12,703 bases of DNA, taken from positions 1 through 12,703 of the forward strand of contig JBLIRN010000077.1 in NCBI GenBank assembly GCA_049472315.1, in the 5' to 3' direction. Below the pieces are notes generated by a model. That model made no database searches and was not told where the DNA came from. It saw only the letters and a program-made list of their open reading frames with translations. The translations under genes and the position numbers were made by a program. The stretch is from a bacterium (GTDB taxonomy: Bacteria > SZUA-182 > DTGQ01 > JAFGSM01). Below, in pieces: positions 1 through 7,721 of the stretch (positions are counted from its first letter, which is position 1; each line of letters begins with the position of its first letter).

Positions 1-396
1 AACTGGATTATTGAACTCTTTTATATCCCCCGGTACGTATTTTTAAATCGGATCGATTATAGAATGAACCAACATATTGTAAAATATAAAATTGCCTTCA
101 TGATTGATCCCATTGAACATTATATTGCGCTGTCGTAGCCGCATTATTTGATATTTTTGCATTATTAGTACATTCTTATTTTCTGTTACAGCAATATGCG
201 CACGGAACATAAAATGCATTTCATAAAGGTAGAGATCACAATTTTCCAATCAAAAACAAGGAGTTTCCTTCATAAATATGTATATAGGGGGGATTACCAT
301 GATTAATTTAATTATAAGCATGCTCTTGATGACGTGCCTTGGCATCGTGTGTGTGTATACCTCAAATATGAACATAGTGTAAGAAACCCCAACCCC

Positions 397-428
397 CTCC
401 TATCTCTCTTCAAACCGAGTGATAGGGG
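397..428. terminator. Imperfect hairpin, possible terminator or other RNA structure
   Basis: CTCCTATCTCTC-TTCAAACC-GAGTGATAGGGG forms a stem with one T-T mismatch and one G-T pair, followed by TCTTT on +. It lies about 200 nt beyond the pagL stop. Confidence 0.3.
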
Positions 429-629
429 TCTTTGACAGAGCTGCCTGCAAGCAGGTGGCTCTGTTTTTTCGAAGCCATGTATTATTTGATACCCTGTCAT
501 GTGAAAATCCATCCATTCCCTTGTTTTGAAGTCCTGTTGCGCCATATCAGCAGGTGCCTTCGTGAACACTATTCCTGGTCAATATTCCTTGTATCGAATA
601 CTACCGAAAGGCATGGTACCCTTTGAGGA

Positions 630-1175
630 TCAAAAGGGCAGGGAATAGGTAAGCTTCAACGATTCGATCCCTGGGTTTTTGTTGCTGAAACTCGCATTGG
701 AATAGTGCCCGAATGACACACCAACGCGGGAATTATCGGAGAAATGGTAGCTGATTTCAAATGACGATCTGAATTCAAGGGCATATCCGAGATCGATTGC
801 GTTGTGCGTGTCATAGTAACCCCCGCCAAAACTGGGGGTGCAAATCCAGTGTTCACCCAGGGGAACATCCAGAAGGAAGCCGGTTCCCAAATATACGACA
901 TGTCTCGTCCCTTCAACGGTAAACCATGGGGTCAGGGTATAAAAGCGGCACGAAGGCCGGTATTCAATTACGAGGTATCCCTCCTGTTGGTCGTCCAGGA
1001 CACCGCCGACACCAATACCGAGCGTTAACAGTGATTCCTCATGTGCGTATGAACATAACGGAAAAAGGAGCATACAAAGGCACAGCACGGTAATATATCT
1101 CCAGCCCTTCCCAGGAGATTTCCGCCCCTGATTACCCGATCTCCCCATTCCTGCCCTCAAAATCACTCGTGTCAT
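630..1175 (-). CDS. pagL: Lipid A 3-O-deacylase / acyloxyacyl hydrolase (PagL family) outer-membrane beta-barrel
   Basis: Signal peptide (basic N-region, hydrophobic ITVLCLCMLLFPL, SYA cleavage). C-terminal PagL motif FRSSFE...GHYSNAS...NPGIE with catalytic His/Ser. Alternating beta-strand pattern and terminal Phe. The true start may be ATG 1148 (MGRSG...), which has GAGG about 7 nt upstream. Confidence 0.85.
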   Translation of the reverse strand: MTRVILRAGMGRSGNQGRKSPGKGWRYITVLCLCMLLFPLCSYAHEESLLTLGIGVGGVLDDQQEGYLVIEYRPSCRFYTLTPWFTVEGTRHVVYLGTGFLLDVPLGEHWICTPSFGGGYYDTHNAIDLGYALEFRSSFEISYHFSDNSRVGVSFGHYSNASFSNKNPGIESLKLTYSLPF

Positions 1176-1355
1176 AAATTCTATGAAAGAGGGAAAATAT
1201 TATGCGCACCTCATACCCTTCCGTTGACAAGGAGCCCGTGATCGGTCCTTACCGTATTGTTACTTCCTGCCTTGGCAGACAATACATTCCGTTCAGTTGC
1301 TGATCGCCGCCTTTCAATAACGATGTCGATCCATTCCATCTGAATAGGGTAAGAG

Positions 1356-1371
1356 AGCATACATCGTGCCG
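1356..1371 (-). promoter_or_regulatory. Sigma-54 (RpoN) -24/-12 promoter facing pagL
   Basis: Minus strand reads CGGCACGATGTATGCT: GG-N10-GC with GGCACG and TGCT, close to consensus TGGCACGNNNNTTGCW. Predicted TSS near 1345. Confidence 0.65.
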
Positions 1372-1544
1372 GATCAGGCAGGGGATATTTCGAGGTGAAA
1401 CGGAGAGGAATTCCTGAGCAGGGAATCCCTTATTGAAGAAGAGTTTTTTCTATGGTGACGATAAACATTATAGATTTTTTTATTTTAAATTGGGTATTAT
1501 TTTATTCAATATTGTTTATAGTATACCGTTAAAAGGGATGCTCG

Positions 1545-3767
1545 TTGATGCCTCATATACCCAGTCCTGCCGGCAATTCCCAGGTTGATGAAATCGTTCC
1601 CCTTGATACAAAGCGGCTCTCCCAGGCCATCATCGAACTGACCATCGCACGCAAAAATTTCCTGATATATCCCGCCGGCCATATCCAGACCACTCAGAGC
1701 GTTGATCGGGCCCACGAACTTCTCAGCGAAATCCTTGCGACCATCCCCGAAATAACGATCGGCGTGGCAAGGGATACCCTTCTGATCGGGCATGACTACC
1801 TCGATCACAAGAATCCGGTGTTCAAGGAATTCAGCCTGGCATTGAGTCAATACGAAATCGCAGGGCTCACCATATCCAGGGGAATGGACAGGGAAGAACT
1901 CTTTCGCCTGCTTCGAATCCTCGGCAAAAAACCGGAGGACATACGAAATAGAGGGGGTATGGATAAAATTTTGCCCGAGAACGGCATATCCCATGTAAGG
2001 ATCACGAACATCGACTACAGCGGATTGCACCTCACCGAGGAACACGAGATCATACGGCCGCGGCCCCTCAATGCAGCGGTTTCAGACATCCACGTCTGGC
2101 ATGATTTCGTGGCACATCTGCTTGAAAATCGTTTGGATCCAAACGAACAGGGTATGTGTCTCGGCGGGCAGGGCCAAATCGATCCCCGGGAGCTCGCCCG
2201 GTTCATCAACGAGAACACATTGGATGCAAATGAGATTGCAGATTGCTACGATCGAATCATCGCCAGACACCTCACAGAGTTGAGAGGAATGGGGCAAGCG
2301 GGGGCCGAGGAATCAAAGATTCAAGAAAAATTCGTCACCCTCATCAAGGAACTGCGCCCGGAGCTCAGGCGCCAGCTTCTCTCGGTTGTTTTTGACCATT
2401 GCACCGCCAATGGGGCGGCAGGGGATCTGTTGAACATATTTCCCGAAGATCTGGTGTTGGAAATGATTCAACAGGCCAATGAGGAGGGGAGAACCATCTC
2501 CCCCTCGCTCATGAAGCTCGTGTCCAAATTATCATCCGCCTCAAACGGAATCCATGAGAATACGGTACCGCCAGACATGCCTTCCGAGGCCCCGTGTGAA
2601 CCGCTGACGGCCCTTTTCGAGCGTGAAAATCATGAGGAATATGTGGAGGCGGAATATGAGGCCATGCTCTCGAATCTCGTCAGGAGGCAGCCGGGGGCAC
2701 AGACTGTAGAAGGGGAGGGATTCCTCGTTGACGAGCACCTCGAATCGCTCAAGGAGGATCATCTGGATTTCCAGATTGCCCGGGCACTGCTCGCATTCAT
2801 GAACGAAGACATAGGTGAAGAGGAATACGAGGACTTTTCGCGTACATTGCTCACCAGTGTTGATGCGCTACTGCAAAGCGGAAGATTCGAATTCCTGAAT
2901 GAGGTAATCATGACCCTGCTGCGTCATGGCATTGAAAAGAAGCAGCATCATATACGATCCGTGGCGGAACAGTCATTAAAACACCTCTTGAAGCACCATT
3001 TCCTTTCAAAGGTCATTGTCGCCGCGAAAAAATGGGAACGGAACAAGGAAGAGGAGGTGCTTGGCTTCATCAGGAATTTGGGACCGGTTATTGTACCCGC
3101 ACTCATCGCATATTATCTGGAAAAGGAGAACAAGGACGAAGAGGATATAATTGTCAAGCTCCTCGGTCATTTCAAGGAGACAACACTCATCGAAGCCAAG
3201 AAGTGGATACAGCAGGCGGATCATTCAACCAAGAAGGATTGTGCACTCCTCATCAACAGAATGGGAGAGTATACGGATGTTCCCCTATTGAAGCAAATGC
3301 TGGAGCACCACGATGAAAATGTCAGCATGGAGGCCCTCGATGCCCTCCTTCGCCTGAAGGATCCATGGGCAGTAATTGTGCTCCGAAGGTGGCTCAACGC
3401 CAAAAGACCGGAGACCTTTGCCCGCGCCGCCTCCCTTGCCGGAAGATATCGGATAGCTGAGGCCATCGACGATCTGCTCAACCGAATAAAAAGGATGCCC
3501 TTCTTCAAAGCGGATTACGTCGTAAACGAGATCATTATCGAGGCACTCGGGCGGATAGGAAATCCCCGGGCCCTGCCGGTCTTAGAAAAACTATGTAAGG
3601 CTTCCTGGGCCTTCAGTGCAAAAGGAAGTGCACGTATGAAGCGGGCGGTTTTCGAATCCCTTGAATGCTATCCCCGTGATAGCATCACGCGCCTCATTGC
3701 TATCGGGAGACGATCAAGGGACGAAAGAATAATAGAGGTTTGCAGGAAGCTGTTCAAGAATGGGTAA
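1545..3767 (+). CDS. Large HEAT-repeat (PBS-lyase-like) protein with an N-terminal domain shared with the downstream HD-GYP protein
   Basis: 740-aa ORF (TTG 1545 or ATG 1548, AAGGGA upstream). C-terminal helical repeats such as VPLLKQMLEHHDENVSMEALDALLRLKD and IIIEALGRIGNPRALPVLEKL. Acidic helical middle region. No signal peptide or TM segment evident. Confidence 0.8.
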   Translation: MMPHIPSPAGNSQVDEIVPLDTKRLSQAIIELTIARKNFLIYPAGHIQTTQSVDRAHELLSEILATIPEITIGVARDTLLIGHDYLDHKNPVFKEFSLALSQYEIAGLTISRGMDREELFRLLRILGKKPEDIRNRGGMDKILPENGISHVRITNIDYSGLHLTEEHEIIRPRPLNAAVSDIHVWHDFVAHLLENRLDPNEQGMCLGGQGQIDPRELARFINENTLDANEIADCYDRIIARHLTELRGMGQAGAEESKIQEKFVTLIKELRPELRRQLLSVVFDHCTANGAAGDLLNIFPEDLVLEMIQQANEEGRTISPSLMKLVSKLSSASNGIHENTVPPDMPSEAPCEPLTALFERENHEEYVEAEYEAMLSNLVRRQPGAQTVEGEGFLVDEHLESLKEDHLDFQIARALLAFMNEDIGEEEYEDFSRTLLTSVDALLQSGRFEFLNEVIMTLLRHGIEKKQHHIRSVAEQSLKHLLKHHFLSKVIVAAKKWERNKEEEVLGFIRNLGPVIVPALIAYYLEKENKDEEDIIVKLLGHFKETTLIEAKKWIQQADHSTKKDCALLINRMGEYTDVPLLKQMLEHHDENVSMEALDALLRLKDPWAVIVLRRWLNAKRPETFARAASLAGRYRIAEAIDDLLNRIKRMPFFKADYVVNEIIIEALGRIGNPRALPVLEKLCKASWAFSAKGSARMKRAVFESLECYPRDSITRLIAIGRRSRDERIIEVCRKLFKNG

Positions 3768-3818
3768 CGAATGGCTGATGTAAAGAATATTTTATTTTGA
3801 TAGATGTAGGAGGGGGAA

Positions 3819-4958
3819 ATGCCGAAGACAGACTGCTGTCATGATCCTTTTCAGGTGATTATTCAATTGATTGCGGCAATTACCAATATCCGCCTTTACG
3901 GCCCCGCACATCCCCAGGTGAGCCAGTGTATCGAAAAGGCGTACGGAGGACTGGCCGAACTGCTCCGGGATAAACCCGAGGTTACCTTTCTCACCATCGG
4001 CGATGACATCGTTGCAAACAACAGGCCTCTTCCTGCCGGAGGTCATTTCACAGCCAAATTCATCACCCTGTTGCGAGACGCCGGAATAGAACGGCTGACC
4101 TTCCTCCCGGGACTCCAGAAAGATGTTCTCGATCGACTGATCCGGGACCTTGCCTCACCGGGGATCGCCTCCATATGCACGGGGCCCTGTATAAAACTGG
4201 GGAAGGTCGAACTCATGCTCGCCGCAAATGGTTCCGAAGGGACAGGTATAACGGGGCCCGAAGGCAAGGAATTGGAAACGGCAGCCCTGCTGCAGGGGAC
4301 CCATCTTGATCATGTAAAAGAGCTCTACCGCATGGCAAAACGCCATGGGAAGATCAATATTCTCGGCATTGAGGATGTCATCAAATCCTTCATGGAATGC
4401 TTCAGACGAGGAATCAATCCACTTCGTCTGCTGACCTCCCTGAAATCTTCGGATGAATACACCTTCACTCACGTGGTCAATGTCTGCATCTTGACCATGG
4501 CCCAGGCGGAGGTCCTCGGCTTCGGCAATGACCATCTCTACCAGATCGGTATCGCCGCTGCGCTTCATGATGTGGGAAAACTCTTCATCCCCGAGGAAAT
4601 TCTGAACAAACCGGGTGCCCTCACCCAGGAGGAAAGGACGGTGGTTGAAACGCATTCCCTCAAGGGAGCCCGGTATATCATGTCGCTCGACAGGATCCCC
4701 AAGCTCGCCGTACTGGGTGCGCTCGAGCACCACATAAAATATGACGGCACCGGGTATCCGAAGATCACCGGGCAGTGGACGCCGAACATCATAAGCCAGA
4801 TCATAGCCATTTCCGACGTCTTCGATGCATTGCGAAGCAAACGCTCCTATAGCGATCCGAAGCCTCAGGAGGTAATAGTAAGGATCATGCTGGAGGAAAA
4901 GGGGAGGGCATTCAATCCCCAACTCGTCGAGAGCTTCTTGAAGATGATTACCGCCTGA
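3819..4958 (+). CDS. HD-GYP domain cyclic-dinucleotide phosphodiesterase
   Basis: RBS AGGAGG. Motifs DEYTFTHVVNV, LHDVGK (HD at nt 4566-4571), ILNKPGALT, ETHS, EHHIKYDGTGYP (GYP at nt 4752-4760), ISDVFDALRSKRSY and FNPQLV. Starts 51 nt after the HEAT gene on the same strand. Confidence 0.92.
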   Translation: MPKTDCCHDPFQVIIQLIAAITNIRLYGPAHPQVSQCIEKAYGGLAELLRDKPEVTFLTIGDDIVANNRPLPAGGHFTAKFITLLRDAGIERLTFLPGLQKDVLDRLIRDLASPGIASICTGPCIKLGKVELMLAANGSEGTGITGPEGKELETAALLQGTHLDHVKELYRMAKRHGKINILGIEDVIKSFMECFRRGINPLRLLTSLKSSDEYTFTHVVNVCILTMAQAEVLGFGNDHLYQIGIAAALHDVGKLFIPEEILNKPGALTQEERTVVETHSLKGARYIMSLDRIPKLAVLGALEHHIKYDGTGYPKITGQWTPNIISQIIAISDVFDALRSKRSYSDPKPQEVIVRIMLEEKGRAFNPQLVESFLKMITA

Positions 4959-5056
4959 GGGGAATCGTACCCTGCGGTTCGTATGATCCTCGCACTGCCC
5001 TTTCAGTAACCCTTGGTCTCATCGCCCGGTTTTTAATCCCTGCTCAGGCGCCCTTT

Positions 5057-6565
5057 CTATCCTCGATTCTTGCTGTAACCGCTTCGCATGCATTCATCCA
5101 GGCGTTGTCCGATCGACCGAACCGTTTCCAGGGTCGTGTCCACGGCCTCCCTGGTGACCTGATAGCTTGCAATGCATGCGCGCAGGACCCGTGTGCCTCG
5201 CACATCGGTGCCCGACACGAGGGCCTTGCACCCGTCGGACATCTCATTCTCGATTGCCCTGTTGAGGTCGTTGAGATAGGAGAGCCGATCGTGATTCCAC
5301 TCCTGGATGCCCGGCGGCACATAACGGAAGCAGCAAGTGCTGAGCACGGGCTCGCTCACCAGCTCGAGGTCATCCGCCTTGGCGATGCGGACGGCCATAT
5401 GGCGGGCCAGGGCCATATGGCCGGCAATCATGCGCGCATAGCAATCCGCTCCATACTGCTTCAGGGCTACCCACACCTTGAGGGCGCGGTCGGTGCGGCT
5501 CAGCTCGAATCCGTATTCGTATTGGTCGTGGGCCTCACCCATCTGGCTGCGCATGTAAGGGGGCAGGAGCCCGAAGGTATCCCTGAGACCGGACCATGTC
5601 CTGGCAAGGATGCAACCGGCCTCGAAGGGTGTATTGAGCCACTTGTGCGGATCCACACACAGGGAATCCGCCCGGTCGATCCCTGCGAAAAGGTGCCGGG
5701 CCTCAGGATTGAGCGCGGCCAGCGCACCGTAGCTTCCGTCGATGTGAAACCAGAGCCCGTACCGATGGGCAATGTCGGCCAGCGTCCTCAGGTCATCCAC
5801 GGCTCCGGTATTGATGGTTCCTGCCTGACCCACCACACAGAAGGGTCTGAATCCCGAATCCAGGTCATTCTGTATGGCATCCTCGATGAGGTCCGTGCGC
5901 ACCCGAAAACCGGAATCCGTGGGGACCTTTCGCAACAGCTCCCTGCCCACGCCCATAAGCTCCACGGACCGGTCAAAGCATGAATGCGCCTCTTCGGAGG
6001 TATACACCGTCAAGGGCTCACGGCCTGCACACCCTTTCGCACGGATATTCCACCCCGCGCACCTCACGCGCGCCATGGCAAGCCCCACCAGATTCGCCCA
6101 CGAGCCACCGGAGGTTATATATCCGGCGGCATTCGAAGAAAAGCCGGTAATCTCTCCGAGCCACCGGGCAACGGTGATCTCGACCTGGCAACTGGCCGGC
6201 TGATTCCGCCAGGTCGTGGGGCGGACCTTGATGGTGCCGACCAGCGCCTCAATCAGGCCTGAAAGGGGCAACGAGCCGGTGAGCACATTGGCCATGAGGC
6301 AGGGATGATTATGGTTGCCCGAGGCGGGGAGAAATTCCTGCTCAATGATGCGGAGTATCTCCTCAGGGTCCATCCCCCTTCGGGGGAGCGGGCCGCCGAG
6401 GATCGATTCCAGCCTCTCGATCGATTGAAGGGGAGGGAAGGGTGGACGCCGGGTGGGATCGGCAAGGTCCCTGACGATGATGTCCACGATCCTGTAACCC
6501 AGGGCGCGGATATATTCCGGATCAAGCCGCATGTCGCTATGTTTCCCGTCGAAATCCTTGTTCAT
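5057..6565 (-). CDS. Group II pyridoxal-phosphate-dependent decarboxylase (aromatic amino acid / diaminobutyrate / glutamate decarboxylase family)
   Basis: Motifs ITSGGSWAN, AHSC, VGQAGTINTGAVD, WFHIDGSYG, DSLCVDPHKW (PLP lysine), PYM (catalytic-loop Tyr) and ELSR..RALKVW. Substrate cannot be determined from sequence alone. Confidence 0.92.
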   Translation of the reverse strand: MNKDFDGKHSDMRLDPEYIRALGYRIVDIIVRDLADPTRRPPFPPLQSIERLESILGGPLPRRGMDPEEILRIIEQEFLPASGNHNHPCLMANVLTGSLPLSGLIEALVGTIKVRPTTWRNQPASCQVEITVARWLGEITGFSSNAAGYITSGGSWANLVGLAMARVRCAGWNIRAKGCAGREPLTVYTSEEAHSCFDRSVELMGVGRELLRKVPTDSGFRVRTDLIEDAIQNDLDSGFRPFCVVGQAGTINTGAVDDLRTLADIAHRYGLWFHIDGSYGALAALNPEARHLFAGIDRADSLCVDPHKWLNTPFEAGCILARTWSGLRDTFGLLPPYMRSQMGEAHDQYEYGFELSRTDRALKVWVALKQYGADCYARMIAGHMALARHMAVRIAKADDLELVSEPVLSTCCFRYVPPGIQEWNHDRLSYLNDLNRAIENEMSDGCKALVSGTDVRGTRVLRACIASYQVTREAVDTTLETVRSIGQRLDECMRSGYSKNRG

Positions 6566-6878
6566 GCATACAGATTACCCTTACTTTCCTCAAAAAGCAA
6601 GTATTTACTATATGTTTCGCCGGGAGCTGTCAGGCAGCCCGGAAATATCATGAGTCAGCTCGGGGTGGCTAATCGCCCTGCGGGATCTCGACGTGGACCA
6701 AGGGGTTGTGCATGCAGATCAACGCTTCCGTGGTGATATTTTGATGTCAAATAATGATACCGTTATGACGCATTATGGCTGGATGAATGTTCAATTATAA
6801 AACCATTGAATTATTTTATATATAGTTTTACTCAAATAAGTTCAACTAAATCAATATAATATTCTACTAATAAAAGAG

Positions 6879-6894
6879 AGGCACAGCTATTGCT
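6879..6894 (+). promoter_or_regulatory. Sigma-54 (RpoN) -24/-12 promoter upstream of the secreted-protein pair
   Basis: AGGCACAGCTATTGCT: GG (6880-6881), N10, GC (6892-6893) with canonical GGCAC and TTGCT, in an AT-rich intergenic region 165 nt before ATG 7059. Confidence 0.7.
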
Positions 6895-7058
6895 TTATGT
6901 AAGATTTAAGATTAAATGCATTTTACGATATGAATACATTATATGTGATATATAGTGACAAATTTTAATAATGGAGATGTTTGTGAAATTGAAACGGTAA
7001 TTCAGTATCATTTAAAGTTATTTCTTCATTCAACACCTTTTTTAGAAAGGAGTTAAAA

Positions 7059-7592
7059 ATGAAACGAATTTTTCAAATAGCAATAATTCTTTTCTTTATT
7101 TTTGTTGTCTTATCATTACCAACTTCAGCTCAGGATACAAACGGTCTATGTATCAGCCCTCTCATTGCAGGTAAGGAAAATTTAATTACTAAAGATTTTG
7201 CAGGAACTGTTGCAGTATATTTTGAATCAGGTATGTTGATTATTGAATTCAAAACACATGATGGATGGGTGCTGCAGGAAACGCATCTGTATGTCGGCGT
7301 CGAGGCACCGGCAACAAGCGCACCGGGTAGATTCCCGTATAAACATGACCTGCTGGAAAACTCTGATACGGACACATATGAAATTGATTTAGAGGAAAAT
7401 AATCTGACTCTGGATAATGAAATAATATACTTTGCTGCGCATGCCGCTATGCAACTGATAGGTCCCGAGGGTGACATTCTTGAGGAGGAATCGGCGTGGG
7501 CCCTCGGTGACCCCATCCGCGAAGGCAAGAATTGGGCAATGTATTTCAGATGCACCGGCGGCGAAAACGGGGGAGACGATGTGGTAAATTGA
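7059..7592 (+). CDS. Secreted hypothetical protein, predicted beta-rich
   Basis: RBS AAGGAG. Sec signal peptide MKRIFQIAIILFFIFVVLSLPTSA|QD. Motif-like blocks GWVLQETHLYVG, PGRFPY, YFAAHA, ESAWA and NWAMYF. Acidic mature protein. Confidence 0.85.
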   Translation: MKRIFQIAIILFFIFVVLSLPTSAQDTNGLCISPLIAGKENLITKDFAGTVAVYFESGMLIIEFKTHDGWVLQETHLYVGVEAPATSAPGRFPYKHDLLENSDTDTYEIDLEENNLTLDNEIIYFAAHAAMQLIGPEGDILEEESAWALGDPIREGKNWAMYFRCTGGENGGDDVVN

Positions 7593-7609
7593 CCCCGTTT
7601 AAGATAGAC

Positions 7610-7653
7610 GGAGGGCCCCTCTGAGCACAGCAACAGCAGCAGAGGGGCCTTCC
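7610..7653. terminator. Strong intergenic hairpin (14-bp stem, 16-nt loop) without a U-tract
   Basis: GGAGGGCCCCTCTG (7610-7623) pairs with CAGAGGGGCCTTCC (7640-7653) with one G-T pair. It lies between two co-directional genes. Confidence 0.4.
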
Positions 7654-7721
7654 ATAGAATGGCGGGGCAACCCCGGATGGCATGCCGCATAAAGCAGTAC
7701 ACATACGAGAGGAGCATCACG

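Noticed and set aside
43..249. 68-aa AT-rich ORF (and ORFs 312-569 and 432-626)
   Set aside because: No clear RBS, atypical composition and no motifs. Probably chance ORFs.
590..630. ACCGAAAGG stem-loop considered as part of a c-di-GMP-I riboswitch
   Set aside because: The flanking GCAAA...GACGCAAAGC elements and second stem are absent, and it is not upstream of a co-oriented gene.
5105..5983. 292-aa ORF on + antisense to the decarboxylase (and similar shadows at 4155-4922, 1506-2045, 7130-7810, 10509-11159)
   Set aside because: All overlap well-supported genes on the opposite strand and show no protein-family features.
7590..7625. TGA followed by a small hairpin, considered as selenocysteine readthrough or fusion of the two secreted genes
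   Set aside because: Readthrough meets TAG after four codons (CCC CGT TTA AGA TAG), and the second gene has its own RBS and signal peptide.
7659..7721. Upstream ATG start for the 306-aa ORF
   Set aside because: ATG 7722 has a GAGGAG RBS and places the signal peptide at the N-terminus. The 21-codon extension overlaps hairpin structure.
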